Source: a virus. From it: a stretch of DNA of 39,911 nt. The translations under genes and the position numbers were made by a program. Positions 15,789-23,224 of this stretch are shown piece by piece. The notes under the pieces were generated by a model, which saw nothing but the letters and a program-made list of their open reading frames with translations, had not been told where the DNA came from and ran no database searches. The stretch covers positions 1 to 39,911 of the IMG/VR virus record IMGVR_UViG_3300023082_000005; one strand, 5' to 3'. The number at the start of each line of letters is the position of its first letter. The stretch's first letter is position 1.

Positions 15789-17644
15789 TGACAGAATTTG
15801 AAACAGTAACGATAGCGGATTTAGACGACCTGGTTTTAACAATCAATACCTTTTTAGAGGGGTGCAACCAAGACGGCGTAAGCGGTAAATTTACAGCCTC
15901 ACAATTGGCAACGCTTTTGGCGCCGTATGTGGTGGCTGTTGGCGGTAGTAGTTTTGTGCCTACGACAGGTAGCGCTATGCCGACCGCCGGAGCAGGTAAG
16001 TTCACTTTTTTAACCCCTAAAACATATACCCAAACTACCGGGGGTAGCTTAACGCCAACAGGTATTTTAACTTTGGCGGTAAGCAGCGCAACAACATGGA
16101 CATTATCTAGCGTAATCATCGATTCTATCACTGGCGCGCCTAAGCAAGTTCAAAACTTATATTACCCGTTGTCTAGCGGTGTTCAAAAAAATACTTCATT
16201 AGGCGGGGACGGGGCTATAGTAACAGGGTTGCCTGCGGTTGGATATGCGGTTTCTGCACCTATATTAGTGACGCCAGGGGCGCAATATACATTATCTGGG
16301 CCCACAGATACCTACGGAAGGGCTATACAATTTCAAAACACAGCAGGGGTTCAGGTTGGATCACTAGTTGCGACATCGTATCCTTACACTTTTACGGTTC
16401 CCGCTAATTCTGACAGGCTTATTTTTACATGCAAATTATCCATAGAGGGTCCGGGATTACCGGATATGTTTTTAATGGCGGTTGCAACAGACCCAATACG
16501 TAATACTGAAACCGTAGGTGGGGCAAATTATTTATACGGAGGTACGAACCGTTTGTTAACCGCTGATAATTTAAAAAAATCAGCCACGATAAGAGGGGCA
16601 AGTATTACAAATAGTATTGATCTGGAAGCAAGACTTGGTAACGGATTAAATCTATACGCGCCTTTATACACAATAGCCGATTACTCATTAGGTCTGGACG
16701 GTACAACGCAACCGCAAACAGGGGCTGCGATAACGGGGTCAATAAAAGTTGACCCGCTTACGAATTACGTGTTAAGTGGTATATCCGGGGAAGTAGCTGG
16801 TGCTCAAAGGGCTATCCGTTTCGAGAATACAGCAGGAGCAAACATAGGGGTAGCTATTGCTACACAATATCCTTTCTATTTCACAACTCCTGCTAATACA
16901 TTTAGTCTTGTTTTTACATCCAGGCTTGCAACTCAACCAGTGCAGCCTAATCTTAAACTGGCGAAATATACGGCTAACCCTTTAGGATTATTGCCTTATT
17001 CTGGCCGAATAGTATGCGTTTACGGGGACAGTATATCGAATGATTATCCAATTTATAACTCCCTACTTAAATACAAATTAAATGCTTCATCAGTATTAAG
17101 TGCCGGACAAAGCGGAGCATCTTTCGCTGGAGCTTTGCAAACAACAGCCTTGCTTAATGCTGCGGGATCGTTAGGGGCAAATGACTCTCTTTTTATAATG
17201 GGTAGCGTTAACGACTTTCGAAGCAGCGAACAGCCGGGGACGATATCTAGCGCGTCTGGTAGCGCGACAATGGTTGGCGGTATGAAAAAGATAATTGAAT
17301 TTTTTCAATCTAGAAATTCCAAAAGCGCAGTAGTAGGCTGGACGTCAACAACTTTTGGTGACGTGAAATTATTGGGCTATCCGGATTCGTTTGACAGTTC
17401 ACAAGTTAACTTGTTAGGGAAATATCTGCCTGAATACGTAGATTTGCAGAGGCAAGTGTTTCAAATGTATGGTGTCCATGTTGTAGACATGACCTCTATG
17501 TTTGGGGCAAAGCCTAAAATGGAGAGTATTGCCGCCCAAAGAAGATTTACTAGAGACGGTGTACATCCAAGTGATGATATAGGTTACCCTAAGTTTACAG
17601 ATATTTTAGCAAGGGCTATAAACAATATACCAGTATTCCCTTAA
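15788..17644 (+). CDS. Fibre / receptor-binding protein with tandem internal repeat and C-terminal SGNH/GDSL hydrolase domain
   Basis: SGNH blocks VCVYGDSISNDY, MGSVNDF and RDGVHPSDDIGY. Two roughly 100-aa repeats (about 16150-16450 and 16645-16938). Confidence 0.7.
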   Translation: MTEFETVTIADLDDLVLTINTFLEGCNQDGVSGKFTASQLATLLAPYVVAVGGSSFVPTTGSAMPTAGAGKFTFLTPKTYTQTTGGSLTPTGILTLAVSSATTWTLSSVIIDSITGAPKQVQNLYYPLSSGVQKNTSLGGDGAIVTGLPAVGYAVSAPILVTPGAQYTLSGPTDTYGRAIQFQNTAGVQVGSLVATSYPYTFTVPANSDRLIFTCKLSIEGPGLPDMFLMAVATDPIRNTETVGGANYLYGGTNRLLTADNLKKSATIRGASITNSIDLEARLGNGLNLYAPLYTIADYSLGLDGTTQPQTGAAITGSIKVDPLTNYVLSGISGEVAGAQRAIRFENTAGANIGVAIATQYPFYFTTPANTFSLVFTSRLATQPVQPNLKLAKYTANPLGLLPYSGRIVCVYGDSISNDYPIYNSLLKYKLNASSVLSAGQSGASFAGALQTTALLNAAGSLGANDSLFIMGSVNDFRSSEQPGTISSASGSATMVGGMKKIIEFFQSRNSKSAVVGWTSTTFGDVKLLGYPDSFDSSQVNLLGKYLPEYVDLQRQVFQMYGVHVVDMTSMFGAKPKMESIAAQRRFTRDGVHPSDDIGYPKFTDILARAINNIPVFP

Positions 17645-17646
17645 TC

Positions 17647-17733
17647 TTACTTATCGTATTTCATCCATTTTGACGGATGGAAGACAATTGCAAACGTAAT
17701 AAGTGATACTGCTGTGATGATAAATTCTGTCAT
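17647..17733 (-). CDS. Small hydrophobic peptide (28 aa, MTEFIITAVSLITFAIVFHPSKW...)
   Basis: ATGA overlap with the upstream gene stop. One predicted TM segment. Confidence 0.4.
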   Translation of the reverse strand: MTEFIITAVSLITFAIVFHPSKWMKYDK

Positions 17734-17927
17734 GACCTTCTTCCTTTGGGTGATGGTAACTGTAAATCTTTATGAGCGTCCCTGTAACCATGATCATACG
17801 CCTCACGCATGAGTAGCTTTTGCTCTGTTGATAGATTTTCGCTTAGTGAATTGTGATACTCTGAAAGTATGTAATGCATAGGGGTTGTCCTAACCCGAAT
17901 GAAGAAATGGTAGCCTAATATTTTCAT
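17730..17927 (-). CDS. Hypothetical protein (65 aa)
   Basis: ORF track. ATGA coupling on both sides. Confidence 0.55.
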   Translation of the reverse strand: MKILGYHFFIRVRTTPMHYILSEYHNSLSENLSTEQKLLMREAYDHGYRDAHKDLQLPSPKGRRS

Positions 17928-18076
17928 TGCCCAGGGTGATAAGGATATCCAACACTTGCCGAATGATCAACATCAGGTCTATTCCACCATTCTTGGGCTT
18001 TCTCATCGTATTTTTTGCATAATAATGCCAATGCTATAATAAATAGCCATGCGAGGTAAATGTTTCTATTTTTCAT
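17924..18076 (-). CDS. Small membrane/lipoprotein-like protein (50 aa, MKNRNIYLAWLFIIALALLCKK...)
   Basis: ATG ORF coupled at both ends. The N-terminal hydrophobic segment ends in Cys. Confidence 0.45.
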   Translation of the reverse strand: MKNRNIYLAWLFIIALALLCKKYDEKAQEWWNRPDVDHSASVGYPYHPGQ

Positions 18077-18263
18077 AACTTGAAATGTGTTTAATGTTAT
18101 TTAAAGGTGTCTGCCAAAGTACTGATTCAGCAAATTGAATTAAAAATACAGTGTCATCCATTGGATCTACTGATATACCCTTGCAGAAGGTTAATAACTG
18201 CTCGTTTACGGGCTGAAAAAACTCTACCCTAAGCATAAGCAACATAATTACATATATCGTCAC
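18066..18263 (-). CDS. Hypothetical protein (up to 65 aa; start uncertain, possibly 18236 or 18245)
   Basis: ORF track. Overlaps the upstream gene unless a downstream Met is used. Confidence 0.45.
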   Translation of the reverse strand: MTIYVIMLLMLRVEFFQPVNEQLLTFCKGISVDPMDDTVFLIQFAESVLWQTPLNNIKHISSYEK

Positions 18264-18426
18264 TGATAGCCTGTATTGACTTCATTGGCAATATGCTATC
18301 TCTGCCGGTTTCTTTCCACCACTGAATTACTGATTCTTTGCAATCACCGGCAACGTTTAATACGCTAATTCCGGTCGGTGTCATGTTATCACGACAAAAT
18401 ATTTGAAAGACTTGCTGATTTTCCAT
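18229..18426 (-). CDS. Hypothetical protein (65 aa), first gene of reverse cassette
   Basis: ORF with a promoter motif 4 nt upstream of its ATG. Confidence 0.55.
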   Translation of the reverse strand: MENQQVFQIFCRDNMTPTGISVLNVAGDCKESVIQWWKETGRDSILPMKSIQAISDDICNYVAYA

Positions 18427-18430
18427 AGGT

Positions 18431-18438
18431 CAAATATA
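18431..18438 (-). promoter_or_regulatory. -7 promoter box TATATTTG (minus strand)
   Basis: Exact match 4 nt upstream of ATG 18426. Confidence 0.5.
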
Positions 18439-18531
18439 CGAGGTGAAATAATAGGTTGTATGATTGTATCACTCATGTTACAAATGTCACTTTCATTTAT
18501 TATCTTTACGAAACAATTAACATTATTAGCC

Positions 18532-18615
18532 ATGAACATCTACAACGCACCGAAGCCAAAACCGCAGGACGAAGAAGGATTACCACACCCTCCAGGAACA
18601 CCAATTAAACCTTAA
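18532..18615 (+). CDS. Small proline-rich peptide (27 aa, MNIYNAPKPKPQDEEGLPHPPGTPIKP)
   Basis: ATG ORF ending 3 nt before the next ATG. The longer 18403 start in the track looks spurious. Confidence 0.3.
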   Translation: MNIYNAPKPKPQDEEGLPHPPGTPIKP

Positions 18616-18618
18616 TTT

Positions 18619-18972
18619 ATGTTCGGAAGAATATGGATTAAAAGTTCAGTTATACTCTACGTCCTATGTGTCGTAGGGTATAACTTCTTTGGTAAGTCAA
18701 CTACAGGGTGGACTGATTTCTATTTTACTTTTGAAAAAGGCATGGCGTTTGTGTCTACAATGTGGGGCATAAATAAGCAATCATTATCGGATCGGCTTTT
18801 CATTGATTACGCTAGATTTTTGCAATTCTTAACTTTTTCGTTTTTTATTCTATGTTCTTTCAATGATTCGCTGTGGGTATATCATAAAACAACCATGGTA
18901 TCATTTTTGGTGCTATCTTCGTTTGGTACTGTGTGCGTACAATATCATCTTATAAAGGAGAAAAAAGCATGA
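18619..18972 (+). CDS. Integral membrane protein (117 aa, about 3-4 TM)
   Basis: Several 18-22 residue hydrophobic stretches. Confidence 0.6.
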   Translation: MFGRIWIKSSVILYVLCVVGYNFFGKSTTGWTDFYFTFEKGMAFVSTMWGINKQSLSDRLFIDYARFLQFLTFSFFILCSFNDSLWVYHKTTMVSFLVLSSFGTVCVQYHLIKEKKA

Positions 18973-19229
18973 AGAGAATAAAATATTTAAAATGGACACT
19001 TCCAGGGCAGATATTAGCGATGATTGGGGCGATAAGCATTATATTTCAATCGTGCACCATCCCCATTGAACAGACAACTAAAGGCCGGTTTATCAATATT
19101 AACGATTTATATACCCCATTTATAGCTTGTGGGATCATGCTGCTAATTGGAACAGTGTTCAGCATATTTAATTTCATACAATTAGCCAAAATTAGCCAGA
19201 TTTTAAAGGAACGTGGCTATTCCATTTAG
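18969..19229 (+). CDS. Membrane protein (86 aa, 2 hydrophobic segments; the first ends IFQSC, lipobox-like)
   Basis: ATGA overlap with the previous gene at 18969-18972. Confidence 0.55.
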   Translation: MKRIKYLKWTLPGQILAMIGAISIIFQSCTIPIEQTTKGRFININDLYTPFIACGIMLLIGTVFSIFNFIQLAKISQILKERGYSI

Positions 19230-19237
19230 GATGACAA

Positions 19238-19534
19238 ATGACAGACATACAAAAAGAGCAATTGGGATTGTCCGTAAAGTGGAAGAAATTCCAACTATAC
19301 AGTGTTCAAATCGCTTGCGGCTCACTTTCGGCTTATTGGATATGGTCATTGGATATGGTAGAGAAGGCCTTTATCAAAGCGCAATTGCCAACATTTCACG
19401 CTTTATTCATGGTTGGCATAATAGTGGTGGGCGTATTATCTATATTTTGCTCAGGGGGGATAGGCTTACTGAGATTAATCAACGCAAAACGAGTTTTACA
19501 GATGATAGACAAGGAGGATAAAGATGGGCAGTAA
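19238..19534 (+). CDS. Membrane protein (98 aa, 2 TM)
   Basis: Hydrophobic segments present. Chosen over the overlapping alternative frame 19213..19521. Confidence 0.55.
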   Translation: MTDIQKEQLGLSVKWKKFQLYSVQIACGSLSAYWIWSLDMVEKAFIKAQLPTFHALFMVGIIVVGVLSIFCSGGIGLLRLINAKRVLQMIDKEDKDGQ

Positions 19535-19871
19535 CGTTACAACATTAGGTATAGTTATAACATCTTTTAACGTGATTACAGTTTCACTGGTCATGTATAA
19601 TATCGTCTACTGTTACAACAAAGCATCCGACATTAACAAGGCGTCAAGTACTGAAGATGTAAAATATTACTTCCGCCAGATATTTACCTCAATGATATTC
19701 CTGGTTGCAAATGCAATCGCTACGTATACCGGCTTTTTAACGTATATCATGCATCCTTATACTTCGCTTGACATGATTGTATGGTGGCGGCTTGCGGATC
19801 GCTTGTCGATGCTATGCGTGGCTTTGACGATGGTGTGGAATAGCAGAAAATATACGCCTTTTACAAACTAA
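19524..19871 (+). CDS. Membrane protein (115 aa, about 3 TM)
   Basis: Hydrophobic segments present. 11-nt overlap with the previous gene. Confidence 0.6.
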   Translation: MGSNVTTLGIVITSFNVITVSLVMYNIVYCYNKASDINKASSTEDVKYYFRQIFTSMIFLVANAIATYTGFLTYIMHPYTSLDMIVWWRLADRLSMLCVALTMVWNSRKYTPFTN

Positions 19872-19889
19872 ATCCGTCAGATTAAATAT

Positions 19890-19936
19890 AGTCACCCCGC
19901 TTCCCGAAGATCAGCGCGCTCAGGGTGGCTTTTTTA
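19890..19936 (+). terminator. Rho-independent terminator
   Basis: GTCACCC..GGGTGGC stem (one G-U pair) around a GC-rich loop, followed by TTTTTT. Confidence 0.6.
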
Positions 19937-19962
19937 TTTCAAATAATTTGTAACTTTATACT

Positions 19963-20502
19963 ATGGAATTACCGGAAAAATATAAATGGCTCTCAAAGGA
20001 GGGCGCGCCAAAAATGTTAGTAGAAGCACTGAAGCACTACGGAATAATGGAAAAAGTAGGGAAAGGATCTCAAGTTGATATAGCAAAATGGGCTGTAGAG
20101 GTCGGTGTTTCCGGATGGTATACGGATGATGATATTCCATGGTGCGGTTTATTCGTCGGAGTAGTTGCTAAACGTTGCGGATATCCATTTTCTGCAGGAA
20201 AATTACTTGCTGCCAGGGAATGGGTTAATTGGGGCGTTGGAGTAGCTAAGGCGAACGCAAAACTTTGGGACGTCCTCGTATTCTCTAGAACCGGAGGTGG
20301 TCATGTGGGCTTTTATGTGGGGGAAAATGACAAAGCATACTTAGTTTATGGAGGAAATCAATCTAATGCTGTTGGGTTTGCCTTTATCGCAAAGGATAGA
20401 TGTATAGGGGTACGCAGGCCTGCCTATAAAATAGGTGAACCTGCGAATGTTAGAAAGATTTATTTGTCCGAAACAGGTAACTTATCAACCAACGAAGCGT
20501 AA
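19963..20502 (+). CDS. Endolysin, NlpC/P60-CHAP-like cysteine peptidase (TIGR02594-like)
   Basis: IPWCGLFVGVVAKRCGY (candidate catalytic Cys), GGHVGFYVGE (His) and YGGNQSNAVG motifs. Confidence 0.75.
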   Translation: MELPEKYKWLSKEGAPKMLVEALKHYGIMEKVGKGSQVDIAKWAVEVGVSGWYTDDDIPWCGLFVGVVAKRCGYPFSAGKLLAAREWVNWGVGVAKANAKLWDVLVFSRTGGGHVGFYVGENDKAYLVYGGNQSNAVGFAFIAKDRCIGVRRPAYKIGEPANVRKIYLSETGNLSTNEA

Positions 20503-20789
20503 TGAAATGGGGCGTAGAGAACATAAAGGCGATCATGGCGTTTATTGTCGTGTTTTTGTCATTCATATACTTCTTTACCGTTACATTTTTCAATGTTACC
20601 GCAGACCCGCAAGTGATAATCGCGATAGTTGCCGCTATGAGTAATGTTTTGCAATATTATTTTGGAGCATCACAAGGCAGCACAAAGAAAGACGAACTCA
20701 TATCTGCACTATCTAGTCCTTCTCCGGCAACAACAAACACCGGAGACATAAACATCACTCAAACTAAGCCAAATGAAATTGATCATTAA
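20502..20789 (+). CDS. Holin-like membrane protein (95 aa, 2 TM)
   Basis: TAATG overlap with the endolysin gene. Two hydrophobic segments, then a polar C-terminal tail. Confidence 0.5.
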   Translation: MKWGVENIKAIMAFIVVFLSFIYFFTVTFFNVTADPQVIIAIVAAMSNVLQYYFGASQGSTKKDELISALSSPSPATTNTGDINITQTKPNEIDH

Positions 20790-20829
20790 CATTATTTAAC
20801 ATATAAACATACATTTCACATAAAATTGG

Positions 20830-20837
20830 TATATTTG
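20830..20837 (+). promoter_or_regulatory. -7 promoter box TATATTTG
   Basis: Exact match 4 nt upstream of ATG 20842. The 16-mer ATTGGTATATTTGTTT is repeated at 29993-30008. Confidence 0.5.
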
Positions 20838-20841
20838 TTTT

Positions 20842-21504
20842 ATGAAAAAAGAACAAAATCATACCAGTTTTTTAGTTAAAACCGGAAGGATATTAAAGTT
20901 AGATATTAATTATGCAAAGCCGTTTGTTGAGTGTAGGTGCATCTGTGGCAGGATAAGATTTTATAATCAGCGAAGTATTGATTACTTTAATAGAATAAGC
21001 TGCGGGTGTAAGAAAAAAGGGCTTAATTCTGCGGTAGCAACTCATCTAGGAACCGGGACTCGGCTTTTTAGTATATTTAACAATATGAGACAAAGATGTT
21101 ATAATAAAAATTCTTATGGATATAAATGGTATGGGGAGAGGGGTATAACTGTATGTGATGAGTGGAATTATAATTTTTACAACTTCAAGCTATGGGCATT
21201 AAATAACGGTTATTCCGAAGATCTGACATTAGACAGGATAAATGCAAATGACAACTATGAACCAGAGAATTGCAAGTGGTCAACAGCAAAGGAACAAAGT
21301 AATAATAGGCGCAATAATAGGATTATTGAGGTTGATGGAGTAAAAAAAACACTAACCCAATGGTCAAACGTTTTAAAAAAACACCCATCATCGCTTTCCT
21401 CTACTATAGACAGGACAAGTAGGTATGGACTAACGCCACAAGATGTTATTAAAAATTTACAAAGTAACCCTTCTTTTAGGTTTTATAATAAAAATATATC
21501 ATGA
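20842..21504 (+). CDS. Free-standing homing-endonuclease-like DNA-binding protein (degenerate HNH_3-like domain, N-terminal Cys cluster)
   Basis: MRQRCYNKNSYGYKWYGERGITVCDEW ... LTLDRINANDNYEPENCKWSTAKEQSNN, where Arg replaces the first His of the HNH motif. CRCICG...CGC zinc-like cluster. Confidence 0.5.
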   Translation: MKKEQNHTSFLVKTGRILKLDINYAKPFVECRCICGRIRFYNQRSIDYFNRISCGCKKKGLNSAVATHLGTGTRLFSIFNNMRQRCYNKNSYGYKWYGERGITVCDEWNYNFYNFKLWALNNGYSEDLTLDRINANDNYEPENCKWSTAKEQSNNRRNNRIIEVDGVKKTLTQWSNVLKKHPSSLSSTIDRTSRYGLTPQDVIKNLQSNPSFRFYNKNIS

Positions 21505-21998
21505 ATTTATTAATTAGATTTGCCCTATACACCATCATTGCGCTCGTTCCGGTTGGGTGTGGCATGCGGAAGGTTGAAAGCGAAAAACTAAAAATAGAGA
21601 CTAAAAATACAAATGAGTCTTCTAACGAAGGTAATTCCGATAAATACCAGTCGATATCAACTCAGGAGGAAGCGTTAAATACGAATAAGACCACGAATAA
21701 GACCGTAGAAACGATTAAAACTAAAGAGTATGATTCTGCTACGGGAAAACTGTTAAAAGAGCAAGAATCGACTAAAACTGGTGATTATTCAGAGATTAGA
21801 ATTAATAGGTTGAAAACGGTTACGAATAACGTACTTCATGAAATTGAGAAGTGGAAGATTAAAAATAAAGTCATTACTCACACTGTTACCAACTGGAAAA
21901 CAAAAAAGTCCACCTCAGAGAGAAATGGACTTTACTATTTAGGCGGTTTTGGATTGCTTATCCTTGGGGTATTAGCCTGGTTGAAGCGGATTCGTTAA
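21501..21998 (+). CDS. Unimolecular-spanin-like protein (N-terminal lipoprotein signal plus C-terminal TM anchor)
   Basis: ALVPVGCG lipobox-like at residue 20, a long charged Lys/Glu/Thr/Asn-rich middle, and a C-terminal YYLGGFGLLILGVLAWL TM segment. Confidence 0.5.
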   Translation: MNLLIRFALYTIIALVPVGCGMRKVESEKLKIETKNTNESSNEGNSDKYQSISTQEEALNTNKTTNKTVETIKTKEYDSATGKLLKEQESTKTGDYSEIRINRLKTVTNNVLHEIEKWKIKNKVITHTVTNWKTKKSTSERNGLYYLGGFGLLILGVLAWLKRIR

Positions 21999-22267
21999 TC
22001 TTTTATATCTAGGTCGAACTTTGCTACATACCATGATTCAAATGATCCAAATTTAGATATAGGCCTGTATTTAAATCCATTTTCATCACACCATTTTTTA
22101 TGGTATTCGTTGCTTTCATCCCATTCAATTTTGGCCAATGCCATGTGTTCGTTTTTAGCTTTTAAAGCACCTTTTTTAGTCTTGTGATAAGATTTAATAT
22201 ACGAAGCTGACTCGTGAATCATTGGGTTGTACCAAAATGCCCATAGTTTAATTACGCCCAATTTCAT
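21995..22267 (-). CDS. Hypothetical protein (90 aa), last gene of leftward operon
   Basis: ORF track. Its stop overlaps the convergent spanin-like gene stop (TTAA). Confidence 0.55.
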   Translation of the reverse strand: MKLGVIKLWAFWYNPMIHESASYIKSYHKTKKGALKAKNEHMALAKIEWDESNEYHKKWCDENGFKYRPISKFGSFESWYVAKFDLDIKD

Positions 22268-22442
22268 ACCTCCTTCCTATTAAATATCCAGCGCCAATCA
22301 TACAGGCATAACCTATCCCTGTAATCAGCGTGTAATATAGTTTATAATGACCGTAACCATGACTATGCAATGTATAGGTAAATCTATGGCCGTAAAATGC
22401 GAGGATTCCGGCAATGATAATGAGTGTTAGTGCGTATTTCAT
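22248..22442 (-). CDS. Membrane protein (64 aa, 2 TM)
   Basis: Two hydrophobic segments. Confidence 0.55.
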   Translation of the reverse strand: MKYALTLIIIAGILAFYGHRFTYTLHSHGYGHYKLYYTLITGIGYACMIGAGYLIGRRYEIGRN

Positions 22443-22445
22443 ATT

Positions 22446-22745
22446 TTAGTTTGAGGATGTCGTACTATTTAATAAATTAATGATAGATAATTCAAGTTCT
22501 TCCTGGTCTTTTGCATGCCTCTCTCCTTTCGCTTTTGCTTCTCTATCCATCCTGAACTGTTCTTTACTAGCCTTAATATCAGCTTCCATTTGCAAATTCC
22601 TAAGCGTGTCAGATTCACTGATCACAACCGGCTTAACCTGTTTCTTTGTCGGCATACATGACTGAATTGATACGATACAGCATGTTGCAGTTAGGCAAGC
22701 AACCACATAGCGGTCAATTGCCATTAATGTTGGGTGTTTTTTCAT
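22446..22745 (-). CDS. Membrane/lipoprotein-like protein (99 aa; hydrophobic N-terminus ending IQSC)
   Basis: ORF track. Charged helical C-terminal half. Confidence 0.55.
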   Translation of the reverse strand: MKKHPTLMAIDRYVVACLTATCCIVSIQSCMPTKKQVKPVVISESDTLRNLQMEADIKASKEQFRMDREAKAKGERHAKDQEELELSIINLLNSTTSSN

Positions 22746-22909
22746 AACTCAAATTGTTCTTTAAGGTGTTGAATGATTAATTTTGCTTGTCCCTGATTGA
22801 TATATTCAATTATATCATTACCCCTTGGTGTTTGAACTACAATAGCCACTTCAAAATCTGAATCTATATTTTCTATTATTAGCTTACCATTGTTTAATAT
22901 TAAAGCCAT
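22742..22909 (-). CDS. Hypothetical protein (55 aa, MALILNNGKLIIENIDSDFEV...)
   Basis: ATG ORF, ATGA-coupled downstream and TAATG-coupled upstream. Translated codon by codon. Confidence 0.45.
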   Translation of the reverse strand: MALILNNGKLIIENIDSDFEVAIVVQTPRGNDIIEYINQGQAKLIIQHLKEQFEL

Positions 22910-23013
22910 TACCCTTCCTCCTTTCTTACGCCTCTTGAGCAGATTAAACCATAAATTACTGTTGCTATTGCAAATACTTTAAAGGCAATAAACGTGATGT
23001 CTAGTGGGGTCAT
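22909..23013 (-). CDS. Small TM peptide (34 aa, MTPLDITFIAFKVFAIATVIYGLICSRG...)
   Basis: ATG ORF coupled at both ends. Confidence 0.4.
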   Translation of the reverse strand: MTPLDITFIAFKVFAIATVIYGLICSRGVRKEEG

Positions 23014-23186
23014 GATGCGAGTATTTGATATATTGCTGAAACTGTTAATTTGTGTTTTTTTGCGATTTTTTCGATACAATAGGCCGAACCTCCCTGAATT
23101 TTACCTTTAATATAAGGGCTATTCATTTCAGATTCATATGAAATCTTTATAGATTCGTTTCGCTTTTCTCTTTCTTCTTTTTTCAT
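23010..23186 (-). CDS. Small HTH DNA-binding protein (58 aa), first gene of leftward operon
   Basis: The C-terminal AYCIEKIAKKHKLTVSAIYQIL looks like a helix-turn-helix. Sits at the divergent control region. Confidence 0.5.
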   Translation of the reverse strand: MKKEEREKRNESIKISYESEMNSPYIKGKIQGGSAYCIEKIAKKHKLTVSAIYQILAS

Positions 23187-23216
23187 AACAAATGCCGTTT
23201 GATTTATTCGACATCA

Positions 23217-23224
23217 CAAATGTA
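23217..23224 (-). promoter_or_regulatory. -7 promoter box TACATTTG (minus strand), leftward promoter
   Basis: Exact match 30 nt upstream of ATG 23186. Confidence 0.45.

Noticed and set aside
15724-16131. A 135-aa antisense ORF overlapping the start of the 618-aa fibre gene.
   Set aside because: It lies wholly inside well-supported plus-strand genes, has low-complexity Val/Leu/Pro composition, and has no start context or promoter.
19213-19521. An alternative-frame 102-aa ORF overlapping 19238..19534.
   Set aside because: The other frame gives a protein with two clean hydrophobic segments like its neighbours and has proper spacing. This frame looks like a shadow ORF.
20435-20644. A 69-aa ORF spanning the endolysin/holin junction.
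   Set aside because: It is out of frame with, and overlapping, two better-supported genes joined by a TAATG overlap.
21995-21998. Overlapping convergent stop codons (TTAA) between the spanin-like gene and the leftward operon, and the similar tight convergence at 17644/17647, considered as special regulatory sites.
   Set aside because: They are probably just a result of compact genome packing. No hairpin or conserved element is visible there.
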